This document shows, piece by piece, positions 20,268-30,206 of a DNA stretch of 64,000 nt; positions within the stretch are counted from its first letter, which is position 1, and each line of letters opens with the position of its first letter. The notes under the pieces are model-generated. The model saw only the letters and a program-made list of their open reading frames with translations. It made no database searches and had not been told where the DNA came from. A program made the translations under genes and the position numbers. Location of the stretch: IMG/VR virus record IMGVR_UViG_3300021142_000002, positions 1 to 64,000 of that record; one strand, given 5' to 3'.

Positions 20268-20781
20268 GAGTATCTAGCTCCAATCTTCTACCACTTGCTT
20301 TAATTCGTTTAGCAGCATTTACTAAATCTTGAATACCGTTGGAGTGTTCAAAGGCATTATCAAACATCCCAACATTTCCACTTTCAATCATACAGTTTGT
20401 CATAATCTTAATTAAATCTTCTTTATGACTTTCAAAGGGTTTACAAAATGTTATTTCTACTTCCAATGATGCATTACTTACCCTATCAAAGGTTGTGACT
20501 AGATAGGTATTCTTTCTAACCTTTTTATTAAAGTCTACTTTAAAGGTAAACAATTGCATTCCATTGTCTATACTATCAAAGGATAAAACCTTTATTATAT
20601 AGACATTGGGTTCAATATACTCTCTATCAGTAATATACCCAACCCACTCAGACTGATATACTCCACCACCTGCCATTACAAATACTGTTCTAGAATGGTC
20701 CTGGTTTGGCAATATAGAATGTATCCATTTAAATAATTTATTATATAGTTTAATTCTTAATTCATTAATTTTTTCTTTCAT
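20251..20781 (-). CDS. Hypothetical protein
   Basis: ORF in the same operon; probable start MKEKINEL. Confidence 0.55.
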   Translation of the reverse strand: MKEKINELRIKLYNKLFKWIHSILPNQDHSRTVFVMAGGGVYQSEWVGYITDREYIEPNVYIIKVLSFDSIDNGMQLFTFKVDFNKKVRKNTYLVTTFDRVSNASLEVEITFCKPFESHKEDLIKIMTNCMIESGNVGMFDNAFEHSNGIQDLVNAAKRIKASGRRLELDTHADSQ

Positions 20782-20971
20782 CTTTATTTCCACTTAAGTT
20801 TTGTTTAATAGTTTCTTCAAGAACATCATTTAAACATTCATTGCAATAAAGTCGTTTACCTTTCTTTTTACCCACTGGAGTATGTTCATTTAATACTCTA
20901 CCAGCTTTTCTACATTTTTGACATTCTCCTATTATATATCCTCCATTAAGATATAGTATTTTCTTTGCCAT
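20765..20971 (-). CDS. Small CxxC...CxxC zinc-ribbon-like protein
   Basis: MAKKILY start after GGAG; CQKC and CNEC pairs. Confidence 0.55.
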   Translation of the reverse strand: MAKKILYLNGGYIIGECQKCRKAGRVLNEHTPVGKKKGKRLYCNECLNDVLEETIKQNLSGNKDERKN

Positions 20972-20999
20972 AAATTTACTCCAATATACTAACATCTAT

Positions 21000-21012
21000 T
21001 AGATAATGTATA
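21000..21012 (-). promoter_or_regulatory. Putative early promoter motif TATACATTATCTA
   Basis: Exact motif also at 36645 and 42063, with variants at 24315, 25280, 43214 and 47917, always shortly upstream of a minus-strand gene. Confidence 0.65.
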
Positions 21013-21019
21013 GATAAAA

Positions 21020-21051
21020 AATACTAGAGTATCCTAGGATACTCTAGTATT
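21020..21051. terminator. Perfect loop-less 32-bp palindrome
   Basis: AATACTAGAGTATCCT|AGGATACTCTAGTATT. Confidence 0.75.
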
Positions 21052-21061
21052 AATAGTCTCT

Positions 21062-21310
21062 TTATTTCTTTTTCATTTCTTCTTCATATACTTTCAAAGG
21101 TGCTGGATGCAAAGTAAATGAACTAAACCATTTACTAAGTGGTCTAGACCAATAGGTATTATCCTTTAATCGTCTATAGACTACAGTGGCTGGATATTCT
21201 TCCTGTCTTTCTGCCTCTAAGTTAGTTACTACAATAACCTGATAAATGTTATTAGTCTTTAAATGTATCCAATAACTCTCTTTATTAGGAATGATTTTAA
21301 AACTTACCAT
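21062..21310 (-). CDS. DUF1653-like protein
   Basis: YWxHxKxxxxYxV...E...VVYRR...WSRPLxxWF pattern. Confidence 0.6.
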   Translation of the reverse strand: MVSFKIIPNKESYWIHLKTNNIYQVIVVTNLEAERQEEYPATVVYRRLKDNTYWSRPLSKWFSSFTLHPAPLKVYEEEMKKK

Positions 21311-23429
21311 AATAGCCTTCTTTTAAAGCATCAAATAAATTAGCAGCAGAATGCAATTCATTATCATATTCTATTTCTTCATTACCCTTTACCTCTACTA
21401 TGCTACCATCTTCCAATGTAAACTGATAAATAGTATTTTCTAAATCAGATTCTTTTACTAAAACGCCTTGAAAAACTTCAGGGTTAAATCTAAAAGTAGC
21501 AGTTCCTTTAAGCCCACTATCATAGCCGTATATATAAACCTTTTTAAAGTCTTCAAAGGGATAATCAGTAGGTACATTCACTGTTTTAGATATAGATGAG
21601 TCAATCCATTTTTGTGCAGCAGCTTGAATATTAACATGCTGCTCTATAGTAATAGTTTCAGATGAGATAAAATAATCTGGCAATTTCTCTTCTTCTTTTT
21701 CACTGTAGGGTATTGCATTAGGATTAATCAATTCTCTATAAGCTAATAACTCATAAGAGAATACATCTACTTTCTCTTTAGTCTTCTTACCCTCTCTAAT
21801 AATGTTTCTAGAATAGTGATGTGCAAAGCTAGGCTCAATACCATTGGATACATTATTGGCTAATGATAAGGATATAGTGCCAGTAGGTGCAATTGAGCTA
21901 TGATGGGTAAAACGACAACCATATCTTTCTATTTCTCTTCTAAAGACTGGTCCTAATTCATCAAATATTTTTGCCATATAAACACTTTTACTGAATAAAT
22001 ATTTTCCAGGAACTTGTTTACCGACTTTAGACCCATTTAAAATAGAAGGATTCTTATTAGCCATGCCCTCTGTAATGGTAAACATTTTATCCATTATAGG
22101 CGCTGCACCTTTCTCTTTAGCTAATTCTAACCCTACTTCAAATCCAGTTACTGCCATGATTTTAGTTACCTGTTCAGTAAAGTAAATAGATTCATCACTG
22201 CCGTAGACTTTACCTAACATAGCTATTGTGGAGCCTAATCCTAAATAACCCATACCATGTCTTCTCTTTTGTTCTAATTCATAACGTTGTTGTGCTAACG
22301 GCAATCCATTAATCTCAACGACATTATCAATCATTCGTGTGAATATTCTAACTACTTCAGTATACTTATCAAAGTCAAATCTTGCATTTTCAGTAAAAGG
22401 ATTAGTAATAAACTTAGTTAAATTAATAGATCCAAGCAAACAAGAACCATATGGCGGAAGCGGCTGTTCATTGCAGGGATTAGTGGATCTAATGTTTTCA
22501 CAAAACCAATTGTTATTCATTTCATTGACTCTATCTATTAAGATAAAGCCAGGCTCTGCATAGTCATAGGTAGATGACATAATGACATCCCATAATCTTT
22601 TAGCAGAAATTGTTTTATAGATTCTACAAGCTACAAAACCTTTATCATTAGTAATATAGTTTTCAGTAACTGGGAATTCTCTATATTTAATAATGGTTGG
22701 ATCAGTTAAGTCAAATTGATTGAGCTCTTGTTCCTTTAGAGTAATAGGGAAAGATAATGGCCAGTCTTTATCTTCTTTAACAGCATTAATGAATTCATTA
22801 GTAATTAGAATAGAAAGATTAAATTGTCTTAATCTACCATCTTCTTTTTTAGCTTTAACAAATTCTAAGATATCTGGATGGTGTATATCAAAAGTACCCA
22901 TTTGAGCACCGCGTCTACCACCGGCTGATGATACTGTAAAACACATTTTATCGTAGATGTCCATAAAGGATAATGGACCAGAGGTATAAGCACCAGCACC
23001 AGCAACGAATGAATCTCTGGGTCTAAGTGTAGAAAACTCATAACCAATACCGCAGCCAGCCTTTAGTGTTAAACCGGCCTCATGGAGCTTAGCAAGAATA
23101 CTATCCATAGAGTCATTAATAGTATCCGATACTGTACAGTTAATTAAAGAAGTAGCAGGTTTATATTGCTCTGCTCCAGCATTGGACATAATACGACCAG
23201 CTGGGATTGCACCGTTTTGTAGAGCCCATAGAAACTTATTATAGCAGTGTTCTCTTAACGATTCATGTTCTACATTAGCGAGTGCTCTAGCGACCCTTTT
23301 AAAAGAGTCTTCCATAGTCTCATCAATGATATTTCCATTGTTATCTTTTAATCTATATTTTTTATCCCAGATATCATAAGAGGCAGGTTGTACTGGAATA
23401 ATAGTTTCGTTATTAATAGATTGAGTCAT
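21297..23429 (-). CDS. nrdJ: Adenosylcobalamin-dependent (class II) ribonucleotide reductase, NrdJa-type subunit
   Basis: IPAGRI, SLINCTVS, GCGIGYEFSTLRP, GGRRGAQM, TNPCxEQPLPPYGSCLLGS, SIAPTGTIS and IDSSISKTVN motifs. Ends LFDALKEGYYGKF as in proteobacterial NrdJa. Start MTQS after AAGGA. Confidence 0.92.
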   Translation of the reverse strand: MTQSINNETIIPVQPASYDIWDKKYRLKDNNGNIIDETMEDSFKRVARALANVEHESLREHCYNKFLWALQNGAIPAGRIMSNAGAEQYKPATSLINCTVSDTINDSMDSILAKLHEAGLTLKAGCGIGYEFSTLRPRDSFVAGAGAYTSGPLSFMDIYDKMCFTVSSAGGRRGAQMGTFDIHHPDILEFVKAKKEDGRLRQFNLSILITNEFINAVKEDKDWPLSFPITLKEQELNQFDLTDPTIIKYREFPVTENYITNDKGFVACRIYKTISAKRLWDVIMSSTYDYAEPGFILIDRVNEMNNNWFCENIRSTNPCNEQPLPPYGSCLLGSINLTKFITNPFTENARFDFDKYTEVVRIFTRMIDNVVEINGLPLAQQRYELEQKRRHGMGYLGLGSTIAMLGKVYGSDESIYFTEQVTKIMAVTGFEVGLELAKEKGAAPIMDKMFTITEGMANKNPSILNGSKVGKQVPGKYLFSKSVYMAKIFDELGPVFRREIERYGCRFTHHSSIAPTGTISLSLANNVSNGIEPSFAHHYSRNIIREGKKTKEKVDVFSYELLAYRELINPNAIPYSEKEEEKLPDYFISSETITIEQHVNIQAAAQKWIDSSISKTVNVPTDYPFEDFKKVYIYGYDSGLKGTATFRFNPEVFQGVLVKESDLENTIYQFTLEDGSIVEVKGNEEIEYDNELHSAANLFDALKEGYYGKF

Positions 23430-23521
23430 TATTAATATTTCCTTTTGTGTTATTAGTGAAGACAAATGATAGGAATTAGGACTATAAATTTATTGAAAAA
23501 AAAAAGAATAATAAAGATAGG

Positions 23522-23550
23522 TAGATAGACTCCCTTAGGGAGTCTATCTA
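23522..23550. terminator. Palindrome, 14-bp arms, 1-nt centre
   Basis: TAGATAGACTCCCT-t-AGGGAGTCTATCTA. Confidence 0.7.
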
Positions 23551-23717
23551 GAAGAATGGTTACTTAATGCACTGCTAAAATATTGATCGACGTTTAAGAT
23601 GATAAGTTTTTGTTTTTGTTCTTCAGTAAGAACCAACTGTGATGGCTCTAATGGGTGTCGGCAGAACCGATAAAATCTACTCGCTTCAATAATTTTGGCT
23701 TGAGGAATTCTAGCCAT
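23544..23717 (-). CDS. Small hypothetical protein (57 aa, not in ORF track)
   Basis: AGGAG RBS then MARIPQAKIIEASRFYRFCRHPLEPSQLVLTEEQKQKLIILNVDQYFSSALSNHSSR*. Confidence 0.45.
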   Translation of the reverse strand: MARIPQAKIIEASRFYRFCRHPLEPSQLVLTEEQKQKLIILNVDQYFSSALSNHSSR

Positions 23718-23743
23718 TCCTGTCTCCTAAAAAAAAATATAAA

Positions 23744-23765
23744 GTGGGAGGTTTTACCCTCCCAC
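23744..23765 (-). terminator. Conventional intrinsic terminator
   Basis: GTGGGAGG-6nt-CCTCCCAC followed on the minus strand by a T-tract. Confidence 0.7.
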
Positions 23766-23777
23766 CAACACGATGGA

Positions 23778-24242
23778 CTATTTTAGTCCGATATAATCAT
23801 CGTGTTTAAATACAGCGGTTTTGGTTACAACACCTGTAACAGGGTCGGTTGTTTCCACACTTTGGCGAACTGAAAAGGCGTGCACCACGGTGAAGCCGGC
23901 TTTCTCAAGCATAGGGATTAAGTGATGTAATAACCCTCCATGGCCCCCTACCATTACAGTGGTGGCAATTGAGAGGATGTGGCGTGCATCCTCTCTATCA
24001 GGTTGAGGGAAGTTCCCGTTCCCGTCGGTCCACACATTTTTGAGGTACTCATGTACCTCCCCATAGCGCCATTCTTGCGCTAAAGCGGTAATCAGGGTTG
24101 CCCTTTCGAGCAACTCCGCTTTGGTTAAAGCTGAGCCAAGGGTCAGCGCAGTTTTCAGGACTTCTAGTTGTTGACCTTGAAGGTCAACAACTTCAACTTG
24201 ATCAGCCGTTCTTTGGTGTTGCGTGGCGTTTAAAATTTTCAT
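23778..24242 (-). CDS. Csx20-like/CARF-like protein, candidate cyclic oligoadenylate ring nuclease
   Basis: N-terminal HxxTxxQ, central VMVGG...GFTVVHAFSVR and C-terminal SVE...GVVTKTAVFKH resemble my recollection of the Csx20 consensus. Locally GC-richer. Confidence 0.5.
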   Translation of the reverse strand: MKILNATQHQRTADQVEVVDLQGQQLEVLKTALTLGSALTKAELLERATLITALAQEWRYGEVHEYLKNVWTDGNGNFPQPDREDARHILSIATTVMVGGHGGLLHHLIPMLEKAGFTVVHAFSVRQSVETTDPVTGVVTKTAVFKHDDYIGLK

Positions 24243-24314
24243 ATCAAATCTCCTGCCTCTATGAGGACTTTAAAAGTTATGGTAAGTTGGATTACTTATA
24301 TAAGTTAATCCATT

Positions 24315-24327
24315 AAAATAATATATA
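24315..24327 (-). promoter_or_regulatory. Putative early promoter variant
   Basis: Minus strand TATATATTATTTT upstream of the 24242 gene. Confidence 0.45.
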
Positions 24328-24373
24328 CATGAAATTTTTTTTGAATCCATTTTAAACAAAAAAAAACATAGAA

Positions 24374-24407
24374 TAGATAGAGTAGGGTATATACCCTACT
24401 CTATCTA
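24374..24407. terminator. Perfect loop-less 34-bp palindrome
   Basis: TAGATAGAGTAGGGTAT|ATACCCTACTCTATCTA. Confidence 0.75.
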
Positions 24408-24412
24408 ATTAG

Positions 24413-24604
24413 TTAACTTTTGCCAGATTGTCGATAAGCTATTTTTAGCTTTCTAATATCTTCTTGATCTTTAGGCCTATTAAGGGACTTCTTTTGCAGC
24501 AGCAATTTAAAGATTGAATAACAGGTAATGCCTTCAATAAATTTATGAAATACTTCTGGCGGTACTGTAGCATCTGTGAGTAGGTGCGGTAAAGAATTTA
24601 CCAC
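24413..24604 (-). pseudogene. Short ORF or fragment resembling a nucleotidyltransferase-like C-terminus
   Basis: LLLQKKSLNRPKDQEDI motif. No good start codon/RBS; the nearby ATG at 24614 is out of frame. Confidence 0.3.
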
Positions 24605-24617
24605 TAATGTTCATGGA

Positions 24618-25247
24618 TTAATCCAATGTAGTTAAGTGTCCATGTATTGGATCCATAAAATAGCTTTGTGGATTACTGGTCCTTGAAAGCACAGTTCTGT
24701 CAGGATTGCAGGAAGCCTTTAAAATATCTGCCATACGCTGACTGCTTTCATTTCTTTCTGCAGCCGCTTGGAATGCAAATTGACGAGAATAATCGTCTTG
24801 AATATCTAATACGATAGACACTCTAGTATTCTCTTTCCTTCGCAGGGTATACCCTTTATATGCCCATGCATTTTCTTCATCGGACCAATTAATGTCTGAA
24901 AAGTTACATGTATAGACTACGTTATGGACGGAATAAAGCAGATAAATCAATTTCTCATCCAATTGATATATCTGGATTATGGAAAAGTTTTCACAACCTT
25001 TCCATGGTGTAACAATGCTACCTAAGTTACCTGGCAAATGATCAACATCTGTTTTTTGCAATTGAGCTTTATTTACGGATTGGTAAATGTTTTCCATTCC
25101 GATAAAGTAAACACCACACACCTTTTCACCAGCAGAGTGTATTTCAGCCAATAATATATTATTGCCAAAACGAAACAATCTTTCGTCAGAGTTTTTATCT
25201 AATTGAATTAATACATACTCACCTTCTTTAAATTCATTTTCTTGCAT
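24618..25247 (-). CDS. Hypothetical protein
   Basis: 209-aa ORF with AGGAG RBS, downstream of an early-promoter-like motif. Confidence 0.6.
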   Translation of the reverse strand: MQENEFKEGEYVLIQLDKNSDERLFRFGNNILLAEIHSAGEKVCGVYFIGMENIYQSVNKAQLQKTDVDHLPGNLGSIVTPWKGCENFSIIQIYQLDEKLIYLLYSVHNVVYTCNFSDINWSDEENAWAYKGYTLRRKENTRVSIVLDIQDDYSRQFAFQAAAERNESSQRMADILKASCNPDRTVLSRTSNPQSYFMDPIHGHLTTLD

Positions 25248-25279
25248 TTTAGTTTCTCCTAAAGATTATTAATATCCTA

Positions 25280-25292
25280 TAAATAATATATT
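25280..25292 (-). promoter_or_regulatory. Putative early promoter variant
   Basis: Minus strand AATATATTATTTA, 33 nt before ATG 25247. Confidence 0.45.
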
Positions 25293-25310
25293 TATCTAAT
25301 TAATTAGAAT

Positions 25311-25344
25311 AGTGAGTATAGTAGCCTAGGCTACTATACTCACT
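25311..25344. terminator. Perfect loop-less 34-bp palindrome
   Basis: AGTGAGTATAGTAGCCT|AGGCTACTATACTCACT directly after the portal stop codon. Confidence 0.75.
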
Positions 25345-25351
25345 CAATTAA

Positions 25352-27895
25352 TTACTTTTTAGTATCATCTGGTTCTTCTTCTTCTTCATCGACTGTAGGT
25401 AAGTCTTTATCACCTACTCCAAAATCATCTTCATCATCAGTAGGTTCTGTAGAGCCATCATCAGCTCCCTCAGTATCTTCTCCCTCACCATTATCCATAT
25501 CGCCCATTCCATCATCTGTTTCTTCTGGAGGTGGTGGATTGAGTTTATCTACTTCAGCTTGAATTTCTTTTTCTTCTTTATTTTCTACCTTCTTAACATG
25601 TTTAATAGTGTCGGCTATTAGTTTCATAACAGTGTCATTATGTTTACTCAATTGCTCTTCTACGTTGTTTTCAGGGTTAATTAAGATAGCATCTATTTCT
25701 GGCATAATGTTTTTAGATCTTAAGAACTGTCTCTTTAATAGATTTAAATAACACGCTTTAACATCTTCAATACCTAAACCTATATACTCACCTGTTAGCA
25801 TATCTTTAATCATACCTTCAGAGATATAGTTATCTATTACTTTCTCAGCTAGACTACAGAAATCATCATACTCTTGAGATTGTGCTTTAATAACAGCATC
25901 GTCAGGCTGTGGTAATACGACTTTAATACTAGCAATTAACTCAGGCATGGTTAATTTAGATTTTTTACCGAGTTCTTCAAATTTCTTTTTTATTTCTGAA
26001 AATAAAGAACCACCATGACTAATATACTTTTGCACAAAGTCTGTTAAATGACCTGTATAGTCTTTTTGTACTAGAGCATATTTTTTAGCTTTAATTAAGT
26101 TATTAGATATTACAGTGGCTGCAAAATCAGCTTCTCCTGTTTTATCAACGTCCTCTCTAGATACCCAAAGTCCTGCATAGTGAATATCTTTTAGCATATC
26201 CATAATACCAGTATCGGGTGGAGTAATTTCTTTTTTAGTTTCTACTACATCTATTTCCGTGCCAGGAAATCTACTCCCGCCATTAATCTTAACTTGAATA
26301 CCACTTTTTTGCAGTGAGTCAATAATATCTAATGGGTTTAATCGACCTATTGGAACGCCAGATGCCTGTAGTGCTACATATTCATTTAGGATTTGCTCTA
26401 CAGTTGATTGAGGATCAATGTCATCTTCATCTAGCGTAATCTCTAATCTTCTTAAATTAACAGAAGATTTAATAGCTGTCATGACCATAGCAAAGGTAAG
26501 AATAGCTCTAAATGAAGCATAGAGTTTAGTCTTCTCTAATAGAGAAATACCATGTCCTGTTTCTGAATAATTAAAAGCAATGTAAGTGATCATTTCAGCA
26601 GGTACATAGAGAATTCTAGTCTTTTGCTTTTCTAACTGTCTATAGAGCATGATTCTATAAAACTCTCCAAGGTCTGCCACTTGTATTTTCTTTCCAGTAA
26701 CGCCTTTACCAATAGCAGCCGTTAGTTTAGCTTCAAACTGTTCTTGATAGGCACTGTTAATAGTCTTATTAAATTCTGTACTATGATCTTGCTTTAAGTT
26801 ATTATTAACATAGGAAACACCTAAACCAATATGATTCATTAGTGTTTGGTTTTCCATTTGGTTTTCTAAGCGTTGATTTAACTGCTTCCATTTATTACTA
26901 TTTTTAGCATAATGAATCGGCACACCATCTTCGTCTATAAAGATTAAATAGCCTACATGTTCTTTAGGCTCAGATGGTTTATGGACAGGTACTACCGATT
27001 CAGGCGGTAGAGTAATGACTAATGGATCATAATCCTCATCGACATCTTTTTCTTGTACACCATCGACTAATTCTGTTTTTAATCCAATAAAGGGTTTATA
27101 AGCTACACTCCTGTTCTTATAAATGTTATTTGTCTTTTTATCAATAATAGCTTCTAGGCCATAAGCATGCATAAGGACATCTTTTACTTTAGCAGAACTA
27201 ATACCATCGGCTATAGCAGGTTGTGCTAGATATAAAAGATTATCAGTAATTTCAACATAAGACTCTTTAAATAGGTCATCAGGATCTAATGGTTTATTAT
27301 CAGGACCCACATCATTAATAGCTTCAAAGGCATAGGTGTAATCTTTATTTCGGTCATTATAAATAATGCCTATATTACCTAATCTTTGATTAGTAATTTT
27401 ACTGGAATCTAATTCACTAATAGACTCTAAGCCGTGAGTATTTTCTTTAATTAAATTAGAAACTGCAGAAGGTGGTATAACCATAATGGGATAACTGCCT
27501 TTACTAAAGAGAGCTTTCCCTAAGATATCAGCCTTTTCACCATTTAAATCATAGACTGTCGAAAAATGTTCTTTAATGAGTTCAGCAATTTCTGGCGGAG
27601 CATCTTTATCCACAGTGATATTAAGATTAGTATCTTTCATATCAGTAGGCGATAGTATCGTTGATACTAGGATCTCTCTAACTTGTTCTAGGTCTGGGAG
27701 TAATTCCATAATACCTTCATTATCATCTAGTTTTTCTGCGTGTTCAATAACGATAGCACGAAGCTTATTATAATCTAGATGTCTGTCTATCCGAGTCTTC
27801 TTTTCTACTGATTGTTCTACTGCATCTAAAATAGGTACTTTCCATTGTTTTTGTATTTCAGACTTTAATTGTAATTTGTCTTTTTTATCTTTCAT
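25352..27895 (-). CDS. Portal protein (phiKZ gp129-like)
   Basis: LLPDLE...ILVSTILSPxDM, LPPESVVPVHxP...HVGY, YIAFNY...GxSLLE motifs. Acidic C-terminal tail. Divergent from the gp128-like gene as in phiKZ-like phages. Confidence 0.75.
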   Translation of the reverse strand: MKDKKDKLQLKSEIQKQWKVPILDAVEQSVEKKTRIDRHLDYNKLRAIVIEHAEKLDDNEGIMELLPDLEQVREILVSTILSPTDMKDTNLNITVDKDAPPEIAELIKEHFSTVYDLNGEKADILGKALFSKGSYPIMVIPPSAVSNLIKENTHGLESISELDSSKITNQRLGNIGIIYNDRNKDYTYAFEAINDVGPDNKPLDPDDLFKESYVEITDNLLYLAQPAIADGISSAKVKDVLMHAYGLEAIIDKKTNNIYKNRSVAYKPFIGLKTELVDGVQEKDVDEDYDPLVITLPPESVVPVHKPSEPKEHVGYLIFIDEDGVPIHYAKNSNKWKQLNQRLENQMENQTLMNHIGLGVSYVNNNLKQDHSTEFNKTINSAYQEQFEAKLTAAIGKGVTGKKIQVADLGEFYRIMLYRQLEKQKTRILYVPAEMITYIAFNYSETGHGISLLEKTKLYASFRAILTFAMVMTAIKSSVNLRRLEITLDEDDIDPQSTVEQILNEYVALQASGVPIGRLNPLDIIDSLQKSGIQVKINGGSRFPGTEIDVVETKKEITPPDTGIMDMLKDIHYAGLWVSREDVDKTGEADFAATVISNNLIKAKKYALVQKDYTGHLTDFVQKYISHGGSLFSEIKKKFEELGKKSKLTMPELIASIKVVLPQPDDAVIKAQSQEYDDFCSLAEKVIDNYISEGMIKDMLTGEYIGLGIEDVKACYLNLLKRQFLRSKNIMPEIDAILINPENNVEEQLSKHNDTVMKLIADTIKHVKKVENKEEKEIQAEVDKLNPPPPEETDDGMGDMDNGEGEDTEGADDGSTEPTDDEDDFGVGDKDLPTVDEEEEEPDDTKK

Positions 27896-27965
27896 ATATT
27901 TCTCTTAGAAATCATTTAAATATAATTATTATTGTTTTCGTATGTACAATAATAAAGGAATCATT

Positions 27966-30191
27966 ATGTTAATTTCTGACGATTACTCTAACTATGTTAG
28001 GGATACTATTAATTTAGTACGAGGTCTTGTTATAAAGTCTCAACAAACGATAGACTCGATAAATTCTTATTTATCAGTAATAGGTTATACTGTTTCATCA
28101 GATCCTACTACCTGGAAATACTATTTAAACTTAGTAGGGCAATATCATCCATCTGATATTCCTATGCAAATTTATTCTTTAGATACTAAATCTTTAGTTA
28201 GTTTTGATAGTACAACAATGCTAAATCACCCAATGACAATGGCTAATTTAAGGACTTATCAAACAACATATGATAATTTGGTAGCTCAATATGAATTAGT
28301 TTGTGATAATGCAGGTAAGCTACATCAGACTGATTTAATTAGAGGTATTATCTCTCCTATACCGAGTATAACTGATGCTATAGCGGCTGATAATTATACC
28401 ATTTTACACTATAATAAAACAATGACTGGGCAAGGTAATATTAATTTAATTGGATTGGGGGAATATAATCTAATTAATGATATTCAGCAATACATCAACA
28501 ATGTGACTACTCGTTGGGAAGTCCCTGCCTTTGCAATATCTGATCCATTATACCCTGCTGCTTTTTTAGGTATTTTATACGTCAATCTAGTACCCGCTAT
28601 TATCGCTATTCGCTTAGAAAATTGTAAAACTGATCAAGTCCATGAATATCATATTTGGAATTACTTATCTGGTTATTTTAATATTAGCCAGTTTAAGGAT
28701 ATACTTCCTTATGAACAAGCTTTCTTTTTGTATAGAAACATAGATTGGATTACTCATAATGCGGGTAAGAAATCGACTCTAAACTTTTTAAACAGTAATT
28801 TTGCTTATCCCTTTGGTATTCAGTTATATAGTTTTGATATCAGGATAGCAATGGGTACAGCACTGGATAATTTAAATCTAGGTAATTTAAAAGAGTTAAA
28901 TAGAGAGACTAGAATTAGTAGGTATCCTTATAATCAAATAGATACTATTAATAGTACCACTCGATTAGATACCCCAGATTACTTAGTTAATAAGTTAGTT
29001 AATAGCGCACCTTTAAATTTGGTTAATTTACAAGCAGATACTGATTACTTAAACAATCTTTATAATGTTACACCGAGCATTGAGATGCCTACAGGCGTTA
29101 TTGATGCAGAGATTATTGTTACCAGTACAGTAGCTTTAGTTTATAACTATAAGGAGAGAATAAATTATTGGCTCTATTTAACGACTAATGGAAAAATGGA
29201 TGTTAATCTATCTATTGATATTCCAGGTTTAGCAATTAGTGGTTTAAGTATTAATGCTCAAGATGCTGCTATTTTATTAATTTATGCATCGAGTCAGTAC
29301 TTTTTAGCTAACAACAAAACTACATTTACCCCTGCTCCTAATTTATTAGTTAATATACCCACTATTAATGTAATGGATATCATGCAGCCCATTACATTAA
29401 TTACTGAATATCAGGCTAGAGGATTAATTGATAATTATATTTCTAGTCAAATAGATTACTACTCAGTCATTGCAAATCATATTACCTTTCCAAATACTAT
29501 TCTTTATTCATTGGATGAATTTAATAACTTTATTAACTCAGTCATTAATAATAAAGTTTTTCACATTTTATTAAAGTATTCAGAACCCAGCTCTATGGGA
29601 CAATCTGAAATACAAACCATTTTAGATTTGTATTATCAAAATAGTGTTTGCGCCATAGCGACCGCTGAAACAAAATATGCAGACTTCTTTAATAGAATAG
29701 GATTTGACCCATCTACATTAGATTCTGGACAAACATTAGATTTAATTAATACAATACTACAAACTTTTGTGGGTATACTGCCAGAGACTTATACACTACA
29801 ACAGCCTTATGAGGCATTAATTGAAATCTTAAGAACTGTTTGTAGCTATACTATTCAGTTTGTTGAAGGCAATGCCACTAATGATATCGAACCTATTGAT
29901 TTAAGTTTCTCTAATATATCGTGGTATCAAAAAGGATTAATTGATCCCGGTGTAGGAATAGACTTTACAGACAGTTATACCATTATATCTAATGGACTCG
30001 ATGTGCAATCTATTATGCCTTTACTGCATGAAATTGATGTATCTGGAGATATTGAATTAGATTATGGATTAGATACTGCTAATGTGGTAGAAATATCAGC
30101 CACTATAGAGGCTGGACTTGGGTTAAATTGTACTACTTTCATTGATTCCTATGATAGAGTACACATAGGCGTTAACGTAAACACACACTAA
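27966..30191 (+). CDS. Virion structural protein (phiKZ gp128-like)
   Basis: PxTWKYYLNLxGxYHxxDxxMxIxSLDT, IRLENCKTxxVHxYH and FLYRNIxWIxxNAGK motifs; synteny. Confidence 0.75.
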   Translation: MLISDDYSNYVRDTINLVRGLVIKSQQTIDSINSYLSVIGYTVSSDPTTWKYYLNLVGQYHPSDIPMQIYSLDTKSLVSFDSTTMLNHPMTMANLRTYQTTYDNLVAQYELVCDNAGKLHQTDLIRGIISPIPSITDAIAADNYTILHYNKTMTGQGNINLIGLGEYNLINDIQQYINNVTTRWEVPAFAISDPLYPAAFLGILYVNLVPAIIAIRLENCKTDQVHEYHIWNYLSGYFNISQFKDILPYEQAFFLYRNIDWITHNAGKKSTLNFLNSNFAYPFGIQLYSFDIRIAMGTALDNLNLGNLKELNRETRISRYPYNQIDTINSTTRLDTPDYLVNKLVNSAPLNLVNLQADTDYLNNLYNVTPSIEMPTGVIDAEIIVTSTVALVYNYKERINYWLYLTTNGKMDVNLSIDIPGLAISGLSINAQDAAILLIYASSQYFLANNKTTFTPAPNLLVNIPTINVMDIMQPITLITEYQARGLIDNYISSQIDYYSVIANHITFPNTILYSLDEFNNFINSVINNKVFHILLKYSEPSSMGQSEIQTILDLYYQNSVCAIATAETKYADFFNRIGFDPSTLDSGQTLDLINTILQTFVGILPETYTLQQPYEALIEILRTVCSYTIQFVEGNATNDIEPIDLSFSNISWYQKGLIDPGVGIDFTDSYTIISNGLDVQSIMPLLHEIDVSGDIELDYGLDTANVVEISATIEAGLGLNCTTFIDSYDRVHIGVNVNTH

Positions 30192-30206
30192 ACATTTAGG
30201 ATTAAT

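Noticed and set aside
23778-24242. AcrIII-1 (DUF1874) assignment
   Set aside because: The motif pattern fits my recollection of Csx20-like proteins better and lacks the typical SAIGH motif, so it is left as Csx20-like.
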